A stretch of 63,988 nucleotides of DNA, the filler included, from Folioceros fuciformis (taxonomy: Eukaryota): assembly GCA_049999805.1 (NCBI GenBank). It is 9 parts of 9 records of this genome, joined end to end, with 100 filler letters (N's around TTAATTAATTAA, not from the genome) between each part and the next. Parts side by side here need not be neighbours in the genome. Positions count along the whole stretch, not along the records: positions 7,309 to 16,595 come from JBNGIO010001772.1; positions 16,696 to 32,971 come from JBNGIO010001773.1; 7 more parts are not named here. One strand, 5' to 3'. Position numbers and translations under genes: made by a program. The first letter of the stretch is position 1. Each line of letters starts with the position of its first letter. Of this stretch, positions 11,501 through 21,731 are shown piece after piece. The notes below the pieces were generated by a model, which saw nothing but the letters and a program-made list of their open reading frames with translations, was not told where the DNA came from and ran no database searches.

Positions 11501-13130
11501 GCGACAGCCAGGAGGAAGGCGACTGCGGCGAGGAGAGAGGCGATAGTAAATGCATCATAGGCTAGTTTGTTTTAGGCTGCTTTTGCTTGGACCTAAGCCG
11601 CTCAGAAATTAAGAGCGTTGACTGACCCCCGACAGACTTTATGGCAGAAGAACCCGCCACTAGCGTGTATAAGAGGCCGAGATGGGCCTCAAAAAATTCA
11701 GCAAGAAACGAGCCCGACATTCCGACCTTGCGGAAGCCTAGCGATGGCCACTGCTGGACAAGGAGGTCCAGGCAGGCAAGCGCACGTAGAGCTCTGAAGG
11801 TGCGGGGTGCAAGTCGCAATTGCTCCGCAACGGTGTTTTGGGGACAAATCGGGAGGAGGAGCCTCGCCGAGTGGAAGCCAAGCTTCCCTACTATCCCCGT
11901 TGCTAGTCGTGTAGGGTGGTAGGAATAGAAGAGGGCGAATCCGCCAGTCGTGGAGTGGAGCGTCGACCGCATCCCTTACCCTCTGATGTCCCCACCGCCT
12001 CCTTAAACCACGAGAGAGAGGAGAAGGCTCGGAGGGGCAAAACGAGAGAGAAGAGCAAAGCAGAGCGAGAAGATTGGAGGGGGATCGAGAGAGAAGAGTG
12101 AGTCAGAAGAGAACTGTGGAAGGTGAGTTGAGTGAGTCGAGCGGGTAAGAGAATTGTGAGAAGTCCGAACTTGTGAGGGTATGGCATGGTGAAATTGCGA
12201 ACAAAGGCGATGGCGGGGTGTCTGGAGTGCTGAAGAAGCTAAGTGACTGAAGGGCTGGCGTGCATATGAATTGTGAGTGTGTGCCTGAGAATTGAAGGCG
12301 AGTCCGTGTGCATGTGTGATCGATGTGTGGAGGTGAGGCGTGAGCGGGTTGCGGAGCGACCTGAAAAGAGATTCTTGACTGAAATGTGCGAGGGAGGGGA
12401 GGCTGTGGTGTCTAGACGGAAGGGCTGTGTGACAGCGGAGAGAATCTGGTGAGCGTGGGTCCTGAGTGGGTATGTGTGTGCGTGTGGCGACTGGAGTGGA
12501 TTTCCGACGAGTGTTGTGCATGTAAATCGGGACGTCGGCGGATCGTAAGTCACGGGCTGTGAGCGGAAGTGAGCGAGTGTAATGATGTGAACTTGCGGGG
12601 GTAAGAGTGGCGACATGTCAGAGGAGAGTGGTGCCTGAACGCGGCTGTGGGTGAGCGCGCGTCGATGAGTGGAGCCCCTATTGAAAACCGGCTGTGGTGT
12701 GAGTGAGTGGTGGTGTTCGGGGGTGAGGCTGTGTAGTCGTGTGCGTTAGGGATAGTGTGGAACTCCGGAACATCGTGTAGGTCAGAGTGATCCGGAAAGG
12801 TAAGTCGCCTAGAGTTAGAAAGAGAGAAATAGAGGGAGAGAAAGTAGAGAGAGAGTGTGTGTGGGGTCCACCAAGGTAGTAGAAACCGTGACCGTCGTGG
12901 AGTGGCAACCGAGGTAGTCGAGAGCGAAGGTAGTAGAAGTGCCCCCAGGGTAGCTGAGAGTCAGTAGTTGAAGTGACCCCTCCGGTAGCCGAGTGAGTCT
13001 GCAAGGTAGTTCAGGGTTGTGGTAGCGGAGTCGCAACGGTAGTAGCCGAGCCGCGACGGAGGTAGTGGTAGTTGAATGGCAAGTAGACGAGTGGCAGGTG
13101 AGTAAAGACTGATCGTGGGTAGTAACTGAC
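8516..13130. mobile_element. Retroelement family A copy 3 (longest): terminus, accessory ORF (about 9144-11570, +) and GA/GT-rich spacer
   Basis: TGTAGAGGGAAAAACTTTCAGAACTCCCATTTTGAG terminus. A C-run after TGCA at about 8756 may be a minus-strand PPT. The ORF is homologous to the other copies and has a long Glu/Ala/Lys coiled coil and many TAG/TAA stops. Confidence 0.8.
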
Positions 13131-13134
13131 TTTG

Positions 13135-16000
13135 TGAGAAATATTGTGTTATTTGACACAAATCATTCCCTTGGGATCGAATCCCAATGCTATAACGACA
13201 AAGAGGGTTTGTGTGGACCTCGCAGCACCCCCGGGTGCAATATTTTTCCCCACATCCTCCTTCCTAGATTTAAAACACAACTACAACTTTTCCTTCATTT
13301 TGCCCAGCATTGCCTCCGAACCCTCGTTGGGTATTCTGATTTTCCATTTAGTCTCTTGTATATCCCCTCTTCTCAACCCCATAGTATATGCCATGCCAAA
13401 ATGTATCAGAATAGGTTGGGCTCCAAATTTAATCAATACTTTCCCTGGCGCAAAACCATTTATCAAAAAGTCATGCTTCCCATTATCCAAAAATGCAATT
13501 CTTGGTTTAACTTTTGCTCTCTGTTCGTAACTTCTTTGATCATTGTCTACATAGAATGCCAAAGATTTGTTCAGTTTATCTCCACCTTTAGATTGAACAG
13601 CAGCTATTTCTTGTAAAAGTTCTTGAATTTTCACTTCAGTTTTTCCTGCTTACACAACTCCAACATACTCCTAACACAAAACGCCAAATCCACTTGTAGG
13701 GCTTGTGCCTTTCTACTTCCATACTAATCCACCACTTTTGTTGCCTTATCCTTTACCTTCATATTAACATTATTCAGTACCACCTCCATAACTTCAAATG
13801 ACATTAGATACTTCCATCTTGACACACGTCCTCCCATGATTCTTGCCTTTGTCTTCAAATCTTGGTTTGACTCTTTTTTGAACTGCCTACACATTCACTA
13901 CCTTTTCGAAGTCCACTTCACACACAAATACATCCAATGGGAATTTCCTTGCAACCCTCAACCCTCCCTTTCTTCTTTTTCATAGTTTTGACCTCTTTAG
14001 TCTTAACTTAGCTACTTGTAGCTTTCAAGTCTAATATGGGTAGCTCTAACATTTTGTGAGACTTCTCAATGCGACTACAACCATTCACTGATTCTCCACT
14101 TGCCCCCATAAACCAATTACCTCCAGTTCTCTGCACTTGTCTAACATTTTTAACATTCTGCTCCTTCTTACCAAACTTGGTAGGTCCAAGGAACGGCTGC
14201 TTATGCCAACACACTCTTTCCAAATGTCCTTTTTTCCCACAATGATTACAACTTACATCTGTTTTACCCATGCATTCTGTCACAGTGGTGACCAGCCCAA
14301 ACCCTCTGCCAACACCGTCACATGAACCATAAGCCATGGCTGTAAGCAGGGGGCCAGCTAGGGCGCCTAGCAGGAGATCAACTAGGGTAGTTCCCCCCTT
14401 TATTCGCATCCGAACATAGGAGACGGCTCTCCCATGACACTGAGTGTAGTTAGGCATGCCATTCCGTTATAGGGCACATACATGTATTTTTACCCAGCCT
14501 TATTTAGATAGTAAATAGGTCCAAAATAGTTTAGTTTGGTTTCCAGGTTGGTAACTGTATTAGTTACAAGGTGCTTCTTGGCATAGGGCCGGCTCCCTAT
14601 ATGTACACAAAATCACAGCAATGAAGACGGCCAATTTTGGGGTCACCTTGCATCTAAGATCATCAGTTTCGATCAAGGATTCCTACATATTCCATCATCA
14701 TATGCACATTACTTCCACATCTCAAGCACCTTATCCCGTTGTTTGTTTTCATATTCATGACCAGCTTCATATACCTGTTATCCATTCTTTAGGTGTTTGC
14801 TTGTTGCCAACCTGGTCTCCATCTAGGCAAATAATTATGCCGAGGTGTTGTTGTAGAAAACGAACCTCCTTTTCAGTCTACCCCCACTTTTCTACCCATA
14901 GCTTGTAGCAATGTTCTAGCTTGCTCATGCATTTTTGCACTTGGAAAAACTTGATCCAATGTGTGTGTTTTTTCATACAATGATGTCAGCTCTCTGAAAA
15001 CATCTTCCTTTATGTCCTCATCCAAATTACAAATGTATTTAAAGCATACCTCTATCTCATTATGCATTCCTATGTGAGTCACTAGTTGACTAGTTTGATT
15101 GTAAAACATAAGAGCAGTCTTATTAGGTTTTTTCTTTATGTTTGCCAACTCCTTTATGTTTGTGGTGCTAACTGATGGAAATCTCATTTCCAGGCGCTTG
15201 AAAAATTCATTCACAAGTTTGGTATGTTTACTGGTTACTAGTAAATCCATAAAATTTCTCAAATAAAACTTGTAAGCATCACCACTCAACAGGTTTCCTA
15301 GTGAAGTAAATTCATACCTAAGGTCCAATTGAATGTCCTTCCCCCCCTACACTCGTGCAACTTGACCATATAAAACAAGCACATCAATTGATTAATGGAA
15401 ACCGAAGAATATGGATGCCATGAATACTTTTCACTTTTTATAGGTAACACTACCCCACCTCTGCTTTTCTTTTCCATCCCAAAAATTATACCAATTGGCA
15501 ACCTTAATATTTGACTATCTCGTCCACCCATCACTTTTATCGTTCTATCCACCTGCTCATGTTGTGCTTGTGCCTCAGTGGGTTTATTGTCCAATTTTGC
15601 ACATCCATCACAAGTTCTCTATCTCTGATCACACATCCTCCCTCCTTGCTCAAGCGTCTCCACTCTTCATCTGACATTTGTAGTTTTTCCTCTCCTATTC
15701 TCACCCCCTTAGGTCCTTTGCACCTCCTACTGAAATCCTAGTTAAATTCTGTACCCTCAATCTCTATCTTTGCCTAACGCATTCACCGAACTTGGAACTC
15801 CCTCCTCACCTTCTAGTTCAGGTTTGACCGTATGCATCCCCCCCAGCTTTTTGCCACTCTCCTCTCATAGCTGATTTTGAACGCCCTACCCCTAGTTTAA
15901 ATCTTCTTGTCTGCCCCTCCCTACAACCAAATCTTTAGCAAGTTTCTCAACTCCCACATCCTTGCTGACACCATTAGGTTTTAACACCAGACGAGCCCAT
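13135..16000 (-). mobile_element. Decayed retrotransposon gag with CCHC knuckle and protease-like region (Gypsy-like)
   Basis: Gag-like helical ORF at 14873-15328, zinc knuckle CNHCGKKGHLERVC at about 14200-14255, and a downstream protease-like ORF at 13281-13634. Many stops. No RT or integrase seen. Confidence 0.7.
14341..14626. mobile_element. Putative solo-LTR or short insertion interrupting gag
   Basis: Begins TGTAAG and is flanked by a near-duplication ATGGC / ACGGC. Removing it rejoins gag as KVTPKLA-MAYGSCDG. The 3' end is not a canonical CA. Confidence 0.35.
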
Positions 16001-17399
16001 CTCACATTGGCTTGAGTCATTCTAATACTTTTAGATGTAGGTCTTCTCATTTCTAAAAGAAAATCAAAATTGTATTACTTGCTTCAACACCTCAAAATCA
16101 AAAGCCTAAAAGCGTTTGATATGGTCTATTTCTTAGACTGGTTTGTGCCCAAACTAGCAAGGGTACAACAAAGTAAAGTAAACCAGCTCAAAGACTTCAT
16201 ACGCCTCAAGCTATTCCACACTAAGTTATCTTCTCTGCTCTTCCTTTATAAACACTCTATCAAATCTTCCACGTTTAAAAAATGCCTACCAAACACTACT
16301 ACATCATCACAAAAAACTTCTAACGGGCTCCAACTGTGAGGTCTATTCCCTCCTAGTATGAGATGATGCAAGCTATGTTGTCGTTTCTCTTTTCCATAAT
16401 CCTTTCTCGTAAGCTCATGATCGTGACTTCTTTGTCGTCGATCTTCACACTTCTGCCCTGAAGAACATTCCCCTTTCTTATGAATATTGCTCTTCTCTTC
16501 TTCTACAATTTCCTGTACGATTTATCCTTCGCTCAAACAAAAATTTCCATTGGAACTGTGTTGGTATACACAACTTTGCCACACTATTTAAATACNNNNN
16601 NNNNNNNNNNNNNNNNNNNNNNNNNNNNNNNNNNNNNNNTTAATTAATTAANNNNNNNNNNNNNNNNNNNNNNNNNNNNNNNNNNNNNNNNNNNNGTTTG
16701 ATAAGTTATTCTATATTGTACAACATAATTTATACAAACATTATATTCATAAAATTTTCTTCGTAAATGTATCACCTGATCTAAGTTTAATTAGACTATA
16801 GCCCACTAGAGCAAAGTGGCAACCCGGGTAGCTTACGAAAAGGCTGGTAGGTAGGTGGAAATTGGGTCAGGGGCGGAGGAATTTCTTTTTGCTAAAATAA
16901 GAATAGATATTTCGGAGCTCCTGCCGACAGACGGGCGGATAGATAGACGGAACTTGTCCGGGGACGACAAACCCTACCTTGCCAGATCCGGAACAACGGG
17001 AGGTGCGGGGAGGAAGGCGCGTTTCGCAGTACCCTGAAAGGCGTGGGACGTGGAAGGCGAAAGGATGAAGGGACTATGCCGCCTCTTGCGTCGTAAGCAA
17101 GAGCGAGGTTAGCAAAGCTGGTAAGGCTAGGCTACAGTAAGGCTAGGCTGCAACAATCCGAGGATGAAAAGGCGCAAGATGAAGAGTCCGATGCGCGACA
17201 ATTCCGGTGGGCAATCACCTGGTGCGCATCCTGCTATCCCACTGTAATGCCCCACGCCTGATTCAGATAGCGCTTGTGGAAGATCATGTAACATGAGCAT
17301 CCCTGGGGAATGTAAGGAAGTTAGCAAGCAAAGCTGTTGCTTCATAGAGCATGAGTGGCACAGAGATGGAACCTGCGGTGGGCTGAACCGGTGGCATGA

Positions 17400-18539
17400 A
17401 TGTGCGTGTCTGCCATGGATCGGACAGTCGCGGAGCTGGAGTTCTCCCGGGGCGTGTCCAACAGCGGGGAGGGCAGCAGCAGGGTTGCCGACAGGGAGGT
17501 GGTGATGGACCAGGGATTGTGGAGCAACTTGCCGGAGGATGTGGTGGATCGGATCCTGGCCTGGCTCCCGGTCGCCAGCTTCTTCCGCTTCAGGACGGTG
17601 TGCAAGCGGTGGAGCTACATCATGTTCTCCACCAGCTTCTTAGAGGCCTGCTCCTACGTGCCCGCGCACTCTCCATTCTTCCTCAAGGTGGCCAATTTCG
17701 AGAACTCCAGAGTGCTTACCAGCTATGATCCAGCCGGTAACAAATGGCACAACATCCCTATGGATTTCCTGCCCTACCACATCGGCTACCCCGTGGCCGC
17801 TTCCCGTGGCCTGCTCTGCTTCATCAACAAGATCCACGGTTACATGGACGACTTCACGTCCCTCTTCGTCTGCAACCCGCTCACCAGGCACTGGCGGGAG
17901 CTCCCCGCCATGCTCTCCAAGCAGAGGCCCATCCTGGTAAGCATGGTGGTGGACAGGAACACCAAGGCTTACAAGGTAATCGTGGCGGGGCTGGTGGCCA
18001 CGGAGGTTTTCGACTCCGGCGCCAACAGCTGGAAGAAATCCGGGAGCCTCCCCCGCGGGGAGGAGATCTCCCGCAACATCGCCTACTGCAACGGCCTCCT
18101 CTACTGCCTAGCCCCGCGCTGGTACAACTGCATTCTGCTCTCGTACAACGTCGGGCAGGAGACCTGGGCCAGGGTGAAGACGGGGCGCCTGCCAGGGTAC
18201 TGCCAGTTCCGGCACCTGGTGGAGTGCAAGGGCCATCTCGTGATCGTCGGCAAGTCGGTGAGGCACCAGATCCTCACCATCTGCATCTGGCTGTTGGAGC
18301 AGCGCACCATGAAGTGGCGCGAGGTCGGGCGGATGCCGCAGTGGATGTCCGACCTCTTCCTGCGCAGGCCGTCGGAGAGCTTCTACTGCTCCGGCCATGG
18401 CGACCTCATTTTCCTCACCCGCGACAACTACGAGCAAGGCCTCCTGTGCGACCTGACGCAGAAGTCTTGGCGCTGGGTTCCGTCTTGCCCTAATTTTGAC
18501 GCCCTTTCCTTCGAGCCGAGGCTCGACACCTTGGTCTGA
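17400..18539 (+). CDS. F-box protein with kelch-like/FBA C-terminal repeats (UFO/LCR/HWS-related group), intronless
   Basis: F-box LWSNLPEDVVDRILAWLPVASFFRFRTVCKRW, then AASRGLLC, VCNPLTRHWRELP and FEPRL motifs. 379-aa intact ORF with GC-rich codon usage. Confidence 0.93.
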   Translation: MCVSAMDRTVAELEFSRGVSNSGEGSSRVADREVVMDQGLWSNLPEDVVDRILAWLPVASFFRFRTVCKRWSYIMFSTSFLEACSYVPAHSPFFLKVANFENSRVLTSYDPAGNKWHNIPMDFLPYHIGYPVAASRGLLCFINKIHGYMDDFTSLFVCNPLTRHWRELPAMLSKQRPILVSMVVDRNTKAYKVIVAGLVATEVFDSGANSWKKSGSLPRGEEISRNIAYCNGLLYCLAPRWYNCILLSYNVGQETWARVKTGRLPGYCQFRHLVECKGHLVIVGKSVRHQILTICIWLLEQRTMKWREVGRMPQWMSDLFLRRPSESFYCSGHGDLIFLTRDNYEQGLLCDLTQKSWRWVPSCPNFDALSFEPRLDTLV

Positions 18540-19736
18540 TCATTCTCTCCGCATTCATCCCCTTCCATTCTAACTCTTACCTCTAGCAAATGGAAGCAAC
18601 CACTCAGCGAAGCCGCTATGTCACTAGCCAAGTACATAGAGCAGCAGGCATGACCGAGATTTCAGAAACAACGCACTTAACACAGACATGACTATTAAGC
18701 AAAGCTATTGTCGCGTCCATGGGCTCACCGTTCGCTGTGGGCCTCGCTCATGTCCTGCCTTTCTCACATGTGACCGCCGGTGCTGGTGCTAGTGCTGGTG
18801 ATCTCAACATGTAAACACAGGCTGCTCGAGAGACACATCGGGGAGTGATCTTGACGCCTCACAAATCGTGTTTTGGTCGTCATCAACATGCTTTGCAACG
18901 ATTGCAACAACGGCAGGCCGAGGGTGAGGGTCCTTGCTATAATCTGTGGTCTGCAGGTGCGGAAAAGGCTGATGTGTGAGGAGATGGCGCCGGATGTGGG
19001 TGTACGGTGTAGCACATGGTTCCAGATTGCTACCAAGGTGGGCAATCGTGGGAAAAGGAAGGGAGGGCATGGTCGGGATTCGCTTGCTGCTCAGGTCGCT
19101 TTACGTTCCAAATCTTCTTTCTCAACAGACTAAATGGTGTCAAGAAACATGGGAACTTTTTTACCGTCCCGTTGATGTCCAGTCGTGTAGGTAAGCTGCA
19201 CAGCTGTCTCAGCAGAAGGCGGAGCCCACACAGTAGCCGAGGCGCTGTATTGTATTATAATTGGCAGCCGGCTGGCTGCGGTCTCGGTCTGGGCAACAGG
19301 ATGGCCATGTTTTCCCTCCATATGACTTGGTCTGCATCTGGTACTTTCGCCCCCACCTCCCGCAACTTGGGTTTGCATCTCGCCGCCCTGGCAACACCCT
19401 CTATCTCCAGGAGGTTGCCTGGTTCCCGGCCACGGCATCTCAGGCATTGCCTGACGTGTATGTGCTCGGGCAGGATGGCACGTGCTTGTAAATACAGTTC
19501 CCATTACAGTGATCTGAGTTGCACCGGCGCGGGATCGTGGAGAAGCGAGTGAGGCAGGAGAGACAGTGGGTGGGAGTACTAGTCTGCATCCTTATCAACC
19601 ATGTTTCGTGAAAATGGTTTGTTAGCTTTGCTTCTCACGTCCGATGCCGGTGCCGGTGCCTTAGGATCCAGGAACCTGTGTGGGTGGGTGTAGATGGTAG
19701 TTGCGTGGTTGGGGTTGGAACCAGGTATTCAGCAGC

Positions 19737-20834
19737 ATGGGAGACAGAAATGGAATGATGGCTGCACCTCCTTCACACGCAGGTGTCCCTGGTCATCCTT
19801 CAATCTACCACCCGCCGCCCCCAGTAGTGCAACAGAAGAACTTGCCCCAGTATGCATTGTTTTCCTTCGTCTTCATGTTGGTAGTGGGCGTGGTTGTTTT
19901 CGTGTGCATTGTGAGAGTAAGGAACATGTTTGCGGACTTCAGGGAAGATATGCAGGATCGGATTCATCAAAGGGGGTTTGGGTTGCAAGTCCGCCCGGCA
20001 GGCCAGGGGAATGTCAGTGGCAACACAGAGTCAGGGTCGGAACAAGGACTGGACCGCTTTTTCATCCAGTCGTTGCCCCTCTTCATGTATAAGAAGACAG
20101 GCATCCCGGAAGCAGCGGGGCTCAAAGGGATTGGCGAGTGCCCAGTCTGCCTGACCGAGCTGGACGACGGGGATCAGGTGCGGCTGTTGCCCAGCTGCAA
20201 GCACGTCTTCCACCCGGACTGTATCGACACATGGCTTCTCACTCACCCATCCTGCCCCGTGTGTCGGGAGACGGTGCAGGTGAAAAAGCTCTCGTCCTTG
20301 AAGAAGATGCTCACCCTGCTCCGGGGCAGGTCTCAGCGAGAGGACGTCCAGGTCCCGGAGGAGGAGATAGTACTGGGCGCCACTACACAGATGGTAGCAA
20401 TCACTACGATCCCTCCCCCTGGACCTGATGTGGCAACAGGTGTGGCTGCCCAAGCCAGCAGCAGCAGCAGTGCGAGGGCCGGCGCCGAGGAGAGGGATGC
20501 CGAGGAGACCAGCATGCTCGGGGACCGGAGACGGCGCAGAGCCATGTCGGAGGATATTCCTTGGGCCAGGGTCGATTCTCTGGAGCTCCAACAGACCACA
20601 ACCCCCGGCCTCCGGTCCATGAGACGGTCTGCCAGCTGCGGCCCCGCACCATCTGCCCCTCGCCTGACCTCCCTTGCCCAGGAGGACAGGAGGCATTCCT
20701 TCGGCGAAATGCTCCGCAGTTCTTTGACAAGGAATTCGGCTCCCATCCTTGCCCTTTCCGTGGCCTCCTATTCAGCCCCCACACCTCCTCCCCCTCTCAA
20801 CAGGCCGCCGGACCTGGAGACGGGTAACAAGTAG
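19737..20834 (+). CDS. RING-H2 ATL-family E3 ubiquitin ligase, intronless
   Basis: N-terminal TM helix (ALFSFVFMLVVGVVVFVCIV), GLD motif (GLDRFFIQSLP), and RING-H2 CPVC...LPSCKHVFHPDCIDTWLLTHPSCPVCR. First in-frame ATG is at 19737. Confidence 0.93.
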   Translation: MGDRNGMMAAPPSHAGVPGHPSIYHPPPPVVQQKNLPQYALFSFVFMLVVGVVVFVCIVRVRNMFADFREDMQDRIHQRGFGLQVRPAGQGNVSGNTESGSEQGLDRFFIQSLPLFMYKKTGIPEAAGLKGIGECPVCLTELDDGDQVRLLPSCKHVFHPDCIDTWLLTHPSCPVCRETVQVKKLSSLKKMLTLLRGRSQREDVQVPEEEIVLGATTQMVAITTIPPPGPDVATGVAAQASSSSSARAGAEERDAEETSMLGDRRRRRAMSEDIPWARVDSLELQQTTTPGLRSMRRSASCGPAPSAPRLTSLAQEDRRHSFGEMLRSSLTRNSAPILALSVASYSAPTPPPPLNRPPDLETGNK

Positions 20835-21004
20835 ATCCAATTTTGTATCTTACTGCATCTTATGGTACATGGAACACCCAGCCTGCGTTCTGCGTGCTTG
20901 CACTTTCATTCTTGTCTGGAATCAGCCGAAACATAAGCTCTCCCCTTCGGCAAGGAAGCTGGGTGACGGCACTCGAGAATCCTATCCTGCCTAGCACAGA
21001 GCGT

Positions 21005-21421
21005 TCACAACCTAGATCGTGCCTGTCTAAGCGAAAATTCTCTCAGCAATCGATCGGCCTCATCACCCCGCTGTTCAGGCCGCACCAAGTGCTTGTTGCT
21101 TGCACACCACGCCCTCCAGTCCGGTAGGACGGAATCCAGAAGGCCCACTAACTGACCTTTAGCCTCCTCCTTGCCCATTCCAGCCAGCGCCTTCCACGCG
21201 GCCTGCTTTCGCCGCAGGCTGGGATCGGAGATGAGAGACACATTTTCCTCCTCATCCCGTGGAAACGGTCCATCCCGCACCTGAGCCTGGTATGCGTACA
21301 GCTGCGCTCGCAGATCGGGAGAGAGGAATTCCAGAGCGGCGGATGGACCCTTGGTGAGAAACACCTGTGAGGCTGTCCAGTCTGCTTCCCGCCTGTCCCG
21401 CGACGCTTCTGACGATTCCAT
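21005..21421 (-). CDS. Small divergent acyl-CoA-binding (ACB) domain protein
   Basis: LYAYQAQVRDGP...RKQAAWKALAGMGKEEAKGQLVGLLDSVLPDW follows the ACB pattern LY.LYKQAT.G...KW.AW..L.GMSKEEA...Y...P.W. Intact 138-aa ORF. Confidence 0.75.
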   Translation of the reverse strand: MESSEASRDRREADWTASQVFLTKGPSAALEFLSPDLRAQLYAYQAQVRDGPFPRDEEENVSLISDPSLRRKQAAWKALAGMGKEEAKGQLVGLLDSVLPDWRAWCASNKHLVRPEQRGDEADRLLREFSLRQARSRL

Positions 21422-21731
21422 GGCAACCCTGCTGATAGTGAAGCCAACCTGACAGATGTTCGCAGTGGCCTGGAATGGAATAGGTCTGCACTACGCTAGC
21501 TCACACACACTTTATTTCTCTTCTTTCTCCTTTCACGGCGCAACGATTTTGGCAGCCTCTTGCTCGCTGCCATGTGTCTATGTTTTTCTGTCGAAGCTTT
21601 CTTGTCTAAAGTGGTGCACCGTGTCTAGGCTCAGGATTCTGGGTCTCCATCCTGTGACCACCCATAAACAGTATGCAGCTTCAATAAGATCGGCTCTGTT
21701 TGCTGCTCTTGCTCCCTGAATTCAGGCTCGG

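Noticed and set aside
18318-18342. Possible miR394 site at the WREVGRMP position of the F-box gene
   Set aside because: Too many mismatches to the miR394 target consensus as I recall it (GGAGGT.GACAGAATGCCAA).
17744-18493. Long alternative-frame and antisense ORFs over the F-box, RING and bZIP genes
   Set aside because: Expected shadows of GC-rich coding sequence; no recognisable domains.
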